The notes beneath the pieces are model-generated. The model was not told the origin of the DNA and did no database searches. It was given only the letters and a program-made list of their open reading frames with translations. From NCBI GenBank assembly GCA_002633005.1, contig NMRA01000471.1, forward strand, positions 39,522 to 103,521: a stretch of DNA of 64,000 nucleotides. The letters run 5' to 3'. Position numbers and translations under genes: made by a program. This document shows, piece after piece, positions 1-38,832 of the stretch (position 1 is its first letter; the number at the start of each line of letters is the position of its first letter). Origin of the DNA: Phoronis australis. Lineage: Eukaryota; Animalia; Phoronida.

Positions 1-284
1 AACTTGCCTTGCGCTCTAGAGTCTTTCAATGGCGGTCGTGAAGAACAGTAAGGCCGTACCTGCATGAATGAAGTCAATTTTGAGATCCGAAATTTGTGAG
101 TATTTAACGCTGCAAGTAAGAGCAATTTCTCGATGATCTAAAAAATCTATTTTGGCGCGTAAAAATGGCGGGAAAATTTTGCGACCTGGCATTTACGAAT
201 GCGAGCTGGATTTTGAAAATGCGACCTGGGATTTTGGCTAGGTTGCAAAATGCGACCTGGCGATTTTAATAACGTCGAGCCCTG
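1..284. mobile_element. End of a non-autonomous DNA transposon (CAGGG-type terminus), cut by the window start
   Basis: Terminal ...GTCGAGCCCTG at 284, three subterminal TGCGACCTGG repeats, CpG-rich relative to the flank. Confidence 0.55.
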
Positions 285-1457
285 TTAGGTGATTTGATAT
301 AACCGTGTTGACTGTGATGAGGTAGTTATTCATGCACAGATCATCCATATCTGTGTAGTAACATAGTTCATACTTAGTATTCTTTCTCACACCGATGGAA
401 GTTGAGTGCAGTGTGAGTGTCAGAATTAAGAGGTGATTACTGTGTTCATTGTGACATAATTGGATGATAGTCTTGTAATAGTGTCTGTATAAACAGTAAT
501 ATTCAGACTATAGGGGGTGCTAGACTGTAACATTTGACAATGGTCTCACTTAACTTACGGGCTGAGGACACTTAAGAGGCACAATTAGTATATTTTATGA
601 TAAATTGAACATGGAGGCATACAATACCTGTTTGTGTAATATTGATAATTCATAGAGTACTGCAGTTATCCTCTTATTTTGCACAAAAACAATCGCCTAA
701 ATTGTCATGTTACCATTTCTCAAACGAAAATAATGGAAAGTTTACCAAAAGTTGTTTTAAGGTATCTGCACAGTACAGACCATGCTACTGGTAGACTCAA
801 GTTTTCTTAATCCTCATTTGTATGAAAAATGATAAAATATAATTTCACTTGTTGCACGTATTGTGTGTTAAATAAATGAAATTACCGTAATAGAATTGAC
901 TGTTGTTGTTGTTGTTTTTGTTTTTGATGTTGTTGCTGATGATGTTTGTTACGGCAGTTATAATAGCGATGTGTATCTCTATTGCAGATGAAGTGCCTGC
1001 TACAGACCATGGTGCAACCTCTATGTACAGTGTGAGTAGTGATGATAAATATGGCTGCACTTGTCTTGTTCAAACATGGACACACTGTGTGTAATCTGAT
1101 GGTCAAGTAGTCAACAGTCATAGTTGTATTACCTGGATTTTTCTAAGATTTAGTGATCTCTTAATAGTGCTGCGCAGACGGAGAGTGATGGTCATGAGGA
1201 TTGCGCTTGTTAAGAACTTGCGTTCTAACACAAGTGCTCCTAATCTATTTCTTATTCTGCCAGTCTCCTATGACCTTCTTGTATGGGAGAGTCATATTTT
1301 ACCAAGTGATTTTATTACGCTGCTACATTAGAGTTTCGTGATACCTATAGAAATGTCCAAATTTGGCCAATTACTTGAGAACATCAGATCAGAGACGGAT
1401 GATTGATTCAAATGAAACTGTCGGATACTATACTTTGAAGTGGCAGTATCTTTGCAC

Positions 1458-1620
1458 AGGAGGCAGTGTGGCCTAATGTGATGGTGCCTGCCTTCTTTAC
1501 TTGAGGTCGTTGGTTCCAGTCCCACTGGGCCACACCGCTAGACCCTTGGGTCAGGTTTCTAGCTCCTCATTTCGGTTCTAACTCTATATTAATAAAGCAT
1601 AAAAATGGTACCAGACCTCC
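1458..1620 (+). mobile_element. Degenerate tRNA-derived SINE
   Basis: A-box-like TGGCCTAATG and B-box-like GGTTCCAGTCCC followed by a CCCTTGGG core-like segment. Confidence 0.5.
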
Positions 1621-2046
1621 TATAGTTATTTATTATTATCTCGGCAGCTTTATGCGCAGTTGCCCAAAGCTCTGGTTGAGATTGTTTTGTAAGCGATTCA
1701 AAAAGGTAACCTACTTTTGCATGTGGGGCATTCAGAAACTTTTACTTTCAAGATTTTTACAAAAGAAGTCAAAAGTTGCGTAAAATGAAAGGATAATTTA
1801 GAAAAATGTTATTAGATTTTTGAGATTTCATCGTGAACATTTCCATTGGAATGAAATTAGTTCATGATGAGTGGATGAATTTGCTTTAATTTGTTTTCTG
1901 TTAAATTTGAATAGAAAGGTACGTGTCATGTGATCTAATTTTGAGAGTTTTATATAATTTCAAATTCCTACATGGCTCTGTACTTTCAGATAATATTTAT
2001 GTTTTAAAAATTCTATAATTGTATAAATATTAGGCTAAGTGCACAG

Positions 2047-2211
2047 ATGTGATGTGTAATACATTTGTAAATTGTATTACATTTGTGATGTGTAATACAT
2101 TTGTAAATTGTATTACATTTGTGATGTGTAATACATTTGTAAATTGTATTACATTTGTGATGTGTAATACATTTGTGATGTGTAATACATTTGTGATGTG
2201 TAATACATTTG
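2047..2211. repeat. Minisatellite, 18/36-bp unit (TGTGATGTGTAATACATT / TGTAAATTGTATTACATT)
   Basis: Tandem copies seen directly. Confidence 0.9.
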
Positions 2212-3127
2212 TTGACGGCACATTGCAGAGAACACATGTCAATCAAGGCTAAAAAACACAAGTGTAGTTCTTATCTGTGGTTGATGAGAAGTTGTTGCGT
2301 TTTCATTGAAAGAACCAAACCACAGAGATATATTGACTGTTCACATCTGATTAAAGGGACAATGCTGTATTCCATCAAACTAATGTTTGATTTAGGCCAC
2401 TGTCCATTATGAAAGCAGTCTTGTCCCATGTCTAACATAGATTGAGAGGAACTGACATGTTGTGATTACTTCAGACCACACCCATTAAGTTGTTTGTCAT
2501 GGTGGGGCAGGTCTAGTTTCAATGGACAAGGCAGTATGTCTATTGGGAATTACTACCTATTTCAATTCAAATGAAGGATGAAACGGGATGACATTGGGAT
2601 GATGCTGCTTTGGAAATTATGCATGCTAAGAAAGTAGTTGTTCCTGCAATGTGGTTATACTCACCTTAATTGTATCACATGTTGTATATTGAGTCTTCGT
2701 GTTGTATTAAATATGATAAAATAGACCCTTGGTGTGTGATTCTTTAGTTGTATGTCATTTTAGTCTCATGTCATAGCCTTTCACCAGATGAGCAGCTGGC
2801 GATTTTGTCCTACTTGCAGTGGTATCTTAGTACTAACCTGTTGCTACACAGTGGAAATTTGCTGAGGTTTGTAAGACCTAATGCTGGTTTTCTACATGCA
2901 GAGCTGTAGAACTTGGGCAAGGTTTTGCAACTAGTTGCCAGTTTTTGCCCCACTTTTCTGAGGAATTTTATTTATTCACTGCCCTTGCATAAAAGTGTAT
3001 TTGTGTGGAATGATGAGTGGTTTTGCTAATTGATTTTAAGTATCTGGTACGAGTGTAGATCAGAATCAAAGTGTTTGTTTTGTTTGGCGTAGTTACGATT
3101 TGTTTGTTCTTCCAGTCTCCAGCTGTG

Positions 3128-18787
<15,660 letters not shown>

Positions 18788-21226
18788 GTACAACCAGACT
18801 GGTTTAGTATTTGGATTTGAATTAATTTAAATATGTTGATGGAGGTAGCCTTGCCAAATCTCGCCTCTTAAGGGGAGATAATGAAAGTAAGTAGACAGGT
18901 ACAAGGTAGGATTATGCACATTCTACTGAGGTTTATTATCAAATGGGTTCTTGTCAGTTCAAATGGTTCTTGGGGCGGTTGATGTTTTTGTAATTACTAA
19001 TCATTTATTTTTATATGGCGTAAAATCTTCACTTGTTTCCAAATCGAGTTACAGTTAAAGCAGACATAAACGTAGGAATAGATTTAGAGTTAGAGCTATG
19101 AATTACCATTGGAAGACGGGTACATTTTATGTGACCAAGACGTCTTATGGTATGGCAATTGTACAGTCTGGTGTGGACCAAAATAGATGTAGTAAATTGG
19201 ATAAGTACTGTGGTACGTCAGAACGTAGTTGCCATGGAAACACAGATTGTTGTGTACGTAGTGTGACATGTGTAATGCAAAATTAAATCTATCCTCATCC
19301 ATTTATAGTCTTACTCGTGTCTCAGGTTATATGTACTCTGTGCAATATTGCTCTGTCAGATCTGTATTACAATGTTCTTGTCAACTTTATGCTTGTGCAA
19401 ATTTCTCAAGTCACTGACTTTTGTATTTGGCCCTGCTCCTGGTAGATTCTCATTAGCAAATTAAACAACACAACATAAAAATTTGTCTTTTTTCATTGGT
19501 AGCTAACGTGTCTAAGAATTGCCCCAGTCAAACAGTGATGGTGAATAATGAATGTTTTTGTTCTCAATGTGCTGAATAGTTGGTGTTCAGTATAATTTAT
19601 GATAATTTATGTGTTGTCTTCTTACATTTTGATCATGTTGTAATTTAAAATCAAAAGTTGATACTATTTAGATATGTATACATCTATGACTCTGAAATTA
19701 CTTTAACAAGTGACTGAATGGCATATTTAATGTCTGCAATTCGGGGTATTTCATCTGCGTCAAAACTAACTCAATTACAATTGCTAATGTTGTATTTCAA
19801 ATGTAATGTGGTGCACTTGCAATCATCCGGTGACATAATAGATAACTTGGGGTGATTTGTAAGCAATATGACAGATGGCAGCACTTGTCGTTTTAGCTCT
19901 CCAGAAGTGAAAGCACACGTCCACTGCAGCATACTTTAATTTTGGTGTCAGTATGACTTGGAAGCAACCACCATACAAATATAATAGATTGAAAATGTTA
20001 ACCAAAATACATGGAAGTTACGCAAAGATTTGCAGATTTATTATGTAAAAGATTCTCAAAGCCCATGCCATTCAATCACGCCGAAGTAAATCTGACCAGT
20101 CAACACACTGATTATTAATCATATTACACTTGTACAAGTTATCTGCTCTGTCTGTTACGACCCAACAACCATCCCACAATGCATTTGATGAACGACAGCA
20201 GCGCAGTAAATGAAATCCCCTGAGTTGGAGAGCTGTGAAGTTTGTATTTTCAAGAAACACTTAATTCTCATCATGTTGGTCTGCATTAGGAGATGGTTTC
20301 GACTATCAACGTTTATTGGTCTATGACATTTCACAGCTGCTAAGAGAAAGTAATATAATTCTCCGACATGTATGATTCATAACAACATACTTATGGTTTC
20401 ATTTTGAAACCACTTAAATATACAACAAACCCTCCAGGGACTATTCTAAAGCATCAGTTATTAACTGGCATACAACACTTTTGACTTGAGAAAATATAAT
20501 GTTATAACTGACAATGTTATAATTGACAATGTTATATCTGACAAAACGTCGTAAACTAGTCTGCACTGTTTTTATTATTGATCAGAAAGGTATTTTAACT
20601 AAGATTGGACTATGTTATGGTATGCTAAGTCATGTAAAGTGGTGTACAGCCAGTTTCTGCTCAAGTGCCAGAGAGAGACTGTCACTAGGTGGCATTAGAT
20701 AATGAAGAGAGGCCCTTTCTTCATAATGGAGCGCCACCTACCAATGATAGGCAACAGTCAGGTGTTCACCAGCAGTCTGGTTGCACTTTTCATGTAGCGC
20801 AACCTAGTGAATTTTGAGGTCCTTGTTATCTCGTTTCTGTGGATTGTTGATTTTTCATACAGGTTGCGAATGGTTGAGTTTGGTGCTAATTATTCTGGGC
20901 TTCTCCACACCACTTCCTATTTGTTGTTAAAAGTCGCTTGTTTTGATGTTGTCTTCTTGTTACACGCTACCAGTCCAATACAGTAACTGGTTAATCAATG
21001 TCTTGTGCAATCCATCAAGTTTTATGTTAAGGCATGATTAAATTTATCAAGGGATTCTGTTTCACCTTTTTACATGTCTTGGGATTGTCACTCGTATTAT
21101 TTTGCACGTTATGAAGTCATTTTGCCAAGAAAAATCAGTTTTCCAGAAGTCGAACTTATTTACAATGCCATGAGATTGTTCTTCACTGTTGGTTGTAACC
21201 TAATCAAATTGTTTACTGAGACTGGG

Positions 21227-21450
21227 ATGTTATACAACCGAGTACTGAGTATGTTATAAACCGAGTACTGAGTATGTTGTACAACCGAGTACTGAGTATG
21301 TTATACAACCGAGTACTGAGTATGTTATACAACCGAGTACTGAGTATGTTATACAATCGAGTACTGAGTATGTTATACAACCGAGTACTGAGTATGTTAT
21401 ACAACCGAGTACTGAGTATGTTATACAACCGAGTACTGAGTATGTTATAA
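21227..21450. repeat. 24-bp minisatellite (ATGTTATACAACCGAGTACTGAGT) in the inferred MYT1 3' UTR
   Basis: About 9 near-identical copies. Confidence 0.92.
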
Positions 21451-22068
21451 ACCAGATGTGTTGTTATACATGGACTTCACAGCTGTGAACACAATATGAA
21501 GCTGATGGTGGACCATTCATAAGAATCTCGTTACAAACATGTTACTGAAAATTGCTGGACCCTGAGTTCAGATGAATTTTTCAGTTTTTGACAGTTAATG
21601 CAACGCAAGTTAAATGTGTATTTTGAGGCAATTTTACAAACTCAGTGACAGAATGTTAAATTATAGGGGATTCTTCGCCATTGTTTAGCTGTCAAATATT
21701 CAAATTTTAACTCAATTGCTTGGAGGTTTGAAAACGTCACCACACTTCCCCTTCCGACTTGTTGCTGAATAAGCGGACAACTCTAGTCGTAGTCAATGTG
21801 TACATGCGCCATTTTTGAATTTGCAATTTTAGGGTTGGCCGATCTCAAATTCTGGGGTGTTTTCTGGAGTTTCTGATGGTTTTGATATTTTTTGGTAGGC
21901 CTAATGGAAAGGTAATTGATTCATGGTAAGGAATATCAGGAGACCATTTTAATGAGCTTAAGTGGCTTCATTTGTTTTTTGTCGGCTAAATACTGAGGAA
22001 GTGCGGTGTTTATGCTGTTAATATTGTTGTGAGCTATTTATTATAATTGTATTTTTGACGTGAATATG

Positions 22069-22074
22069 AATAAA
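22069..22074 (+). terminator. Candidate poly(A) signal of the MYT1-like gene
   Basis: AATAAA after a U-rich upstream region, where the strand base skew flips. Confidence 0.55.
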
Positions 22075-22098
22075 TGTTTGCATAGTTCACTGTATACA

Positions 22099-22104
22099 TT
22101 TATT
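22099..22104 (-). terminator. Candidate distal poly(A) signal of PCMTD
   Basis: TTTATT on the + strand, facing the MYT1 signal. Confidence 0.45.
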
Positions 22105-22470
22105 GAGTCCAGTATACATGCACAATCAAGACCAGAATTAATGACTGCTATGGCAGTAGTTAAATTTCTATAATATATTGTCTTATCTAAATATTATCCA
22201 GATATATTTCTACAATATATTGTCTTATCTAAATATTATCCGGATATATTTCAAGTACGTGCCCAGCTCTCACTGCTTTTCAATCCTGTTTTCCTGCACT
22301 CTTCAGTCAACTAAATGACTCAACAACTGAAAAGTTGACTAACAACTGGCACAAGTAGACTAACCACTGACACAGACTAACCACTGACATTTGTTGAGTA
22401 ACGCTACTTTTATTCTTTTAAAGCCTGCAGCGCCATCTTTGTAAACCATTGCCTATGAAGTCGTTTTGGT

Positions 22471-23670
22471 TTTTTATGCGCCCACATATTTATATGTGGA
22501 CGCATTATGCCGTCATCTCTTTCCTTTGTCTGTCCGGGCGGCGTCATTCCGCCGTCCGCTGCTCTATCTCCAAAACCGGTTGACGCATGTTCATGAAATT
22601 TTGCAAGTGTTCCTTTCATGGCTGGGACGGCATGAGCGAAGTTTCAGACGGATCCAGCTACCAGTGTGCCCCCTAGTGGCAATTTTTATTAGAGGGGTGG
22701 ACGCTAAAAATCAGACTCGAAAACAGTAAAAATGTTCACTAGGTGGCGCAAACTACATTGAATCCATCCGAAAACAGGAGAATTCCGTCGTCTCACTAAC
22801 AGATGCCTATAACCCAAATTTTGTGAAAATATGTCGAGGACCTTTGAAGATACAGAGGTAAACGTAAAAACCGCTCCTAGCATGATTGTGAAAATTGGCA
22901 TGTATGTTCTTACTATGAAAAGGACAGTTGACGCTGATTTTCCGCCGACTTTGGCTACTGTGGCGCCTCCTAATGACAGTTTTGTTTATTTTCGCCTATG
23001 GCTATATCTCCTACACCGTTTGCAAGATCTTCATGAAATTTAGAAAGTGCATTTACGTGATGATAACAACGAATGACGACTTTCGGACAGATCTGACTAC
23101 TGGTGTGCCACTCAGTGGCAATTTTATTTTTTACATTTACCTCTGTATCTTCAAGAGTCTTCAACGTATTTAGATAAAATTTGGTGTACAGGCTTCTGTT
23201 AGTGAGGTGACGGTATCTTTCCATTTTCTGATGGATTAGACCTAGTTTGTGCCATGATGACATCAACTACTGTGGCACCCCCTGGTGGTAGTTTTGTTTT
23301 GTGCCCATAGCTGTATCTCCTAAACCCACTGCAGGATCTTTATTAAATTTAATTAGTACGTGTATTTATATGAAGCAAACAACACACTATGACGACTTTC
23401 AGGTGGATCCAATGAACAGTGTGTCCCTTCGTGGCAATTTCATTTTATTCTCTTTTCCTTTGTTTCTCTGAGGTTCCATGACGGATTTCGATGGAATTTG
23501 GTGTATAGCTTTCTATTAAAGAAGCAATTACATGTTCCCATTTTCGGATGGATTGTAGGTTTGTTTTTGCGCCATTTAGTGGCCATTTTTATGACACAAA
23601 TAAACAACCCTAAAAGCACACCATTTGCGATGCATTCATGGGCGCATTTCAACGCTCCGCGTTGCTCTAA
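22471..23670 (+). mobile_element. Helentron-associated / DINE-1-like non-autonomous element (HINE)
   Basis: 5' TTTTTATGCGCCCAC with hairpin CCACATATTTATATGTGG, GTCY microsatellite, 3' subterminal inverted repeat GGGCGCAT and terminal stem-loop CAACGCTCCGCGTTG; homologous to 62879-63812. Confidence 0.8.
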
Positions 23671-25586
23671 CAATAGGATGAGTTAGTATTCCAAATGACG
23701 TGATCAAACCATCAACCGAATGGAGTAGACAGATTGCTCCAATGGCAAGATTCACTGTGGCTACCTTGATTTAATACTTGACAGAAGCTTGCGATTTCAG
23801 CTTGACCTAACTAGCCCTGGGTGAGACTTTAAAACAACAGGGGAGACGAACCTTTTACTTAAGGTTATGGGTAACATTGGCACGTCTGCATTGAGTCAAA
23901 CAATTACAAAACTACATTACTGAACTCGGCTAAATTTTCTGTAAGTAGAAGCTGTGTAGAAGTTTGACTCCATACCAATCTGTTCTTGTGCCACGTGACC
24001 ACGTCTTTTTAGATAAAGTTGTTACAAACCTGCCTTCCATCGCAAAAACAACTTTTGATTTCCATCACTTCCATTATAAAATTGGTGTCAAATTGAAGGC
24101 CATTTCAGGATTTTGAACTAACTAATGGTTCAGTATTGCAAGAGACTACAGCTCTACAGCGTGTCATTTTGTTGGCCTAACACAGTCTCAAGGAATAACG
24201 TTCGTTCTTTGTAAACTCAGAAAGCATACGTGACCTACATGAAAACTTCTTGGATGGACTTTTTTAAAAGTGGTTATAAAAAGACAGTTACATTTTGATA
24301 ACATAACCAAAATAATCAAGATGAACTTTCAAAAACACTGTTACAGCTTTCTAAATTATTATTACGTTTCTCATAACTTCCCATTTTGACAGCACTTCAT
24401 GCAATCTACCATGGTACAATGTTCCAGACTCAGCTAAACTAGACTTTATCTAAGTTTGCAATTAAAACAGAACCAACAGCTGCTATTAAAGCAGTTATTA
24501 AAATCAGTAATTAAATGTACTTCTCATGAATGTTCCTCTATGTTTGCAAGACTAGGAGGCGTCGCATTTTATATTACATTGATCATAACCGTGCTTTTTG
24601 CATTACTTAAATAGCAATTACTTTGCAAATGGACAGTAGACCATTCCCTTGCTTACTTTAATACCTTCAGACAGACGTGTTTTCTACAAGCTGAAAATCT
24701 CCAAATTCACAAGCCTAGATGGTGGCTCTCTTCTTCAAGCTTGACCTTAAACTGTGTTATAAAGCCATTTTTGGTCAAAGAAACTAATATTTGATTGAGA
24801 CCATGTACCTTTACAAAACTGGTCACAACTTGCTTTCTTTCTCAGGTAAAGATGGAGATGAACTAGTTATTTAAATATTGCTCATAACCAGTTCATCAAG
24901 TTGTCACACAGGCTCACTCTCTTGTCCAAACACTGTACCAAGATAAAAAGTACCGTCAGATTTTACAAGCCCGCAAGTTACATCTCGTGTGAGTACGAAA
25001 CAAGTTGAATTAATTCAGTCTTAAAACTGTAACATGTCTAAACCAAGCAGGGTTTCTTTGACAGAGGGAGAGTACGTTTAATAACAACTCTAGGTTGGAA
25101 ATTCCCGACTCGTACATCAAAATCTAAAACCAAAACTAAAGCAAAATAAAAACTGCTGTTTAACTAAACTCAAACCAAAAGGAATAACAGAAACTAAAAA
25201 GTAACAAAACAAACTAATTTAACTGTGACTAAGTGAAATTTTTATCAAATGTTTCATGGAAGTTGCCTAGCACGAGTCATTTTAATGATAGAGGAATTTT
25301 GTTTAATGCCTTGCTGAGAAATTAACGGACAATTATAAAAGTCCACTCCTTAAGTTTGTTTTTGCTGAGGATAATTAATTGACATAACACAAATTCTCTT
25401 TTGTGATATTGCCGGCTACTAAACCGATATACATTCGCTCAGGGTTCCCTTTGCTCATCGGTCTACTCATACACATATACGCCTCAAAAAGAAAAACAAA
25501 AAAAAAAAACATAAAGCATAACATGAACGTAATCAGCACAAATATGTTCCATCATAAAACACGCACAAGCAATAGTTCAAGCATTC

Positions 25587-35156
<9,570 letters not shown>

Positions 35157-37484
35157 TTAGACCAAAAAGCACAGTTTATTTTGTCTGGTTTGTCAAACTC
35201 ATTTTGAAATCTAACTCACAGACTCCAACAACAAAATCCGCCTCCATCAATTTTGGTCAAGGTCTGGTCACTCTGGTGTTTCTTTTTGAAAAGCTATATG
35301 AAGGGAGTTCCATGAGTTGCCAAGCAAGGATTACAAAAACGAACCCACATTCCTTTTGCCTGTTGGTTTTGTTTTTTGAAAAAGGGGGCAACTACAAAAA
35401 ATACCAGACCATTCACCCCATTTTCAAAACACAAACCAGAAACAACTTTGCTTCTTTGGCCTTATGGCTAAGTCTCACCAATTTCGTACAAACATATTGT
35501 CCTAATGGTCCTCTTATCATGTGAACTTACACAGTGTTTCAAAATACTGTCCGCTGGTAGCTACAGTACAAAACTTGAATATAGAAAAGCATTAATCTGG
35601 TGTTGTTCATCTTTTATCAAAAATAGGAAAATTAAATTTGTCACACTAAAGGTGTTTATAGGGATTATGTTCCCTTTTTGTTTTTTTCTATTTTTAGCAT
35701 TGTCATGTGGAGAATTTCTGGCTTACACTGGTCATTACTCAGATTCCCAAAGCCCCAGACAACTTTTATGATGCCTATGCAGCACGCCATTTGTATTGAT
35801 GTAGATCTGAGCTAATGAAGTGGAAAGTAATAGCTAGCACTACTTTCTAAACAATGGTGGTTGTTATTACACCCTAATTGTTTTTCTCTGGCATTTGCAC
35901 AGAGTTAAAGCCTGCAATGTGGAGGGCAGTTTTAACTTGGTACATTTTAAATATTACAAAATGACTAAAAAGTTTAATTTGCGTTCATCTTGACAAAGGA
36001 ACGTTTGTTTTAAATATGTTTCATACCTGTTTTCATTACTTTATTTTTAATACTCCCGTCTACTTGTTTTTTTTTCTTACCGGTTAGGGTTGCTATCTTT
36101 TTATTTTGTTTTTAAACGAAGTATCAAAACAACTTAGAGGTCAGTTAAATGTGAACCCATCCCTGAATTTTCCAGATTACAGCTACACCAAACATGTCAC
36201 AGCAAACAAAACTACATGTGTCAATAGTTTAAGTTCAATCTCAAATCATTATATACAAAAGTGCAAATATGGTGATAGTCCTCTTTGGTCGAGTTCTCAG
36301 TTCTAATTGTTACTACATTCCAACTCTTTTCCGTTCTTACTTTTCATGTCTACTCATGCTGTTAGTTGTTCAGTTTAGCCTTTATTAGATTTTTTATTAA
36401 ATCTTAATTTCTGTCACTCTACTCAGGGTTCTATATTCAACATGTCTCCAGTAATTTTTTCCTGATGCAGCCATCTTGCTGATCAATAAGTCTTTGTCTC
36501 TATTTTTGCGTCATAATACTAATAACATTTTTCGACCACTTGTTTCTTGTTTTACTCTAAAACAACTTGGATAAAACAGATTCCTGTCAATCAAATGTCA
36601 CATGTCAATCATATTGAGTGTCACAAATTGGTGAGATGTCACCATTACCACTAATTTAAGGAGCTGCCATCAAATTACTCTTGTGATATTTTGAAACCAC
36701 CAAAATTTTCTACGCAAATGATGCAAAATTGCTTTTCATGACAAACTATGAGTTTGATACAAATTCTCTCAACCATTTGGCAAAAGCCACTGTGATTATC
36801 TGACTGATGGCCCACTCAGACCAATATTAGTTTTCATTATGTGGGTCAACAGTATTATATAGAACAACACAAGGATCTGTGAACTCTTTTCAACCCTGCC
36901 ACTGCTGTATCACATGGTGCTGAATACACACAGCTATTTATGTAATTCTTTATGTGACCTAGGGTAGGACTGCTGAAAATGGGCACCTGCATTGACAGAC
37001 AGGGGACTTGTGTTGACAAATATTAAGGAGGAAGCCTGTACTGCCAAAATGGGGGAGGGGCAAATAGGAGGCCTGCACTACCAAATAGGGTGCCTAGAAA
37101 ATTGGGGACCTCCATTGCCAAATGGGGGAGCCTCTGGTTGCTAAACTGCAAACAGGAGAGCTGTGGGGTGAGGGGGCTACATATTATACCAGAAAAATTC
37201 TTTAGTTTCCTTTTGCACACATTTCTATGTGAATCTGTGCATTTTCACTCGAGCCACCCCACAAAAGCAGTGGCATGTCATGAAAAGCCGGCCAATCCCT
37301 CATGTGCCCAAGGCTGATCTCTTGTTACAGTGTTTTGAAGGCTTGAATTCTAATAAGCACGATGTTAGCTGTTCATAAACAATGGCAATATTAAACAACT
37401 CATGCCTAGCTCACAAAAGCTTTAAAATTAAATTTTGAGAAAATATCCTCCATGGTGATTGAAAAAAGGTTTTTCGTGGTCTCG

Positions 37485-37586
37485 ATGAAGGTATGTTTAT
37501 AAGTAAAATCAACTTACTCAGAGAAAGGAGAACTCTTAAATCTCCGGTCTCTGAGTAAGTTGATTTTACTTATAAACATCCTTCAT
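37485..37586. repeat. Near-perfect inverted repeat (hairpin)
   Basis: 32-bp perfect arms 37493-37524 and 37548-37579, with extension ATGAAGG/CCTTCAT. Confidence 0.9.
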
Positions 37587-38832
37587 GGTGTTATTCAGCT
37601 AGAAAAATTAACACAGTGTTTTTAACACGATTTTTAAAAATCGATGAACTACTGAGTTATGACAATTTTAAAGACCATCCAAGGACATTCCACTCCCTGA
37701 TTACTGATTACAGTACTACTTCATCAGTTTAGAGATCTCCGTATACAACAGACAGGTTCAATAGATAGGTGGTAAAAGGTGCTGGGATTTTCAGAATGTT
37801 TCGGGATAAGTGTTAAAACAGTGGACATTCCTGTTACGATCTGCACTACAAAGAGGGAAAGATGCGCTACCAAAGTAAGCGCCATTTTTCCTGTTCAGCC
37901 TTTAAATTGGACAGTGGTTATCATCACCTGGGAGGCCATATTCATTTGTGGGTGGAGAGGTGCACAGGTGGGAAATTAGGATATCCAACTATTTGATGAG
38001 TAGACTCAAAATTCCAAAAAAGTCATCCATGTGTAGTTGTGTTCCAGAAACACCTTTCAAAAGACGAGGTGTTTATTACACAAACCTCGTCCTTCCCCAT
38101 GGACGATTCTTGGACAGCTCATTAAACCAACGCAAAACAAGACATGCTATGTTGTCAGTAATGAGCCGGTACATCTCCTGCAACCTGTCACTTTAAGCAA
38201 TTTAATATTCTGTATATTGCTATAATTGGAAAAGGGAGCTGTCTGCAGTTTCAAGCTCCTAAACTGCACCTTTGTGCACTTTTGTAGCAAATTAAATTAG
38301 AAAATGCACCGTTTCGTAGGGACATGTGATGGAAAGGGAACATAGGCAGGAGGAAGGGGGGAGGACAGCAAGGGGCAATTGCCCCATCTAGATTTGGTCA
38401 CCTCATAAAAAGTTTTCTCCAGCCAAAAATTCGGTTAGCACGACACCTTGTGAAAAAACATTGGAAAACACCACAGCACCAACAACAAAATGTAATAGAA
38501 AAGGGAAAAATTAGATTAAAAAGATAACTCAGGTTTTCAACTATTAATGCCGAGGTAAGCAGAATTCCCAGTTGCTTGGAATTAATTCACACAACAGTAC
38601 TCCAGCTGTTGCCAAGATACCTCTTTATCAAAAAATTTGATCCTAGGACTTGACCGTCGGTGACAATAAAACACTGGATAAAATAAATTCATACGTCGTG
38701 GACTAAAACTGGTGACCTTTTGCACTGCTTTAATTCTGAAATTGAATTCCTCATTAAAAGTTTCGGTAAGCGTTTTAAATCGAAAGTTGCTTTTGTTAAT
38801 GAAGGTGGGTTTAAAGCAACTTAGTTTACATA

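Noticed and set aside
845-1121. Short ORFs with poly-N/Q/L tracts
   Set aside because: Result of a (GTT)n microsatellite; no coding support
21227-21450. CRISPR-like appearance of regular repeats (also 27317, 49550, 51237)
   Set aside because: Head-to-tail units with no unique spacers, no cas genes, and eukaryotic context
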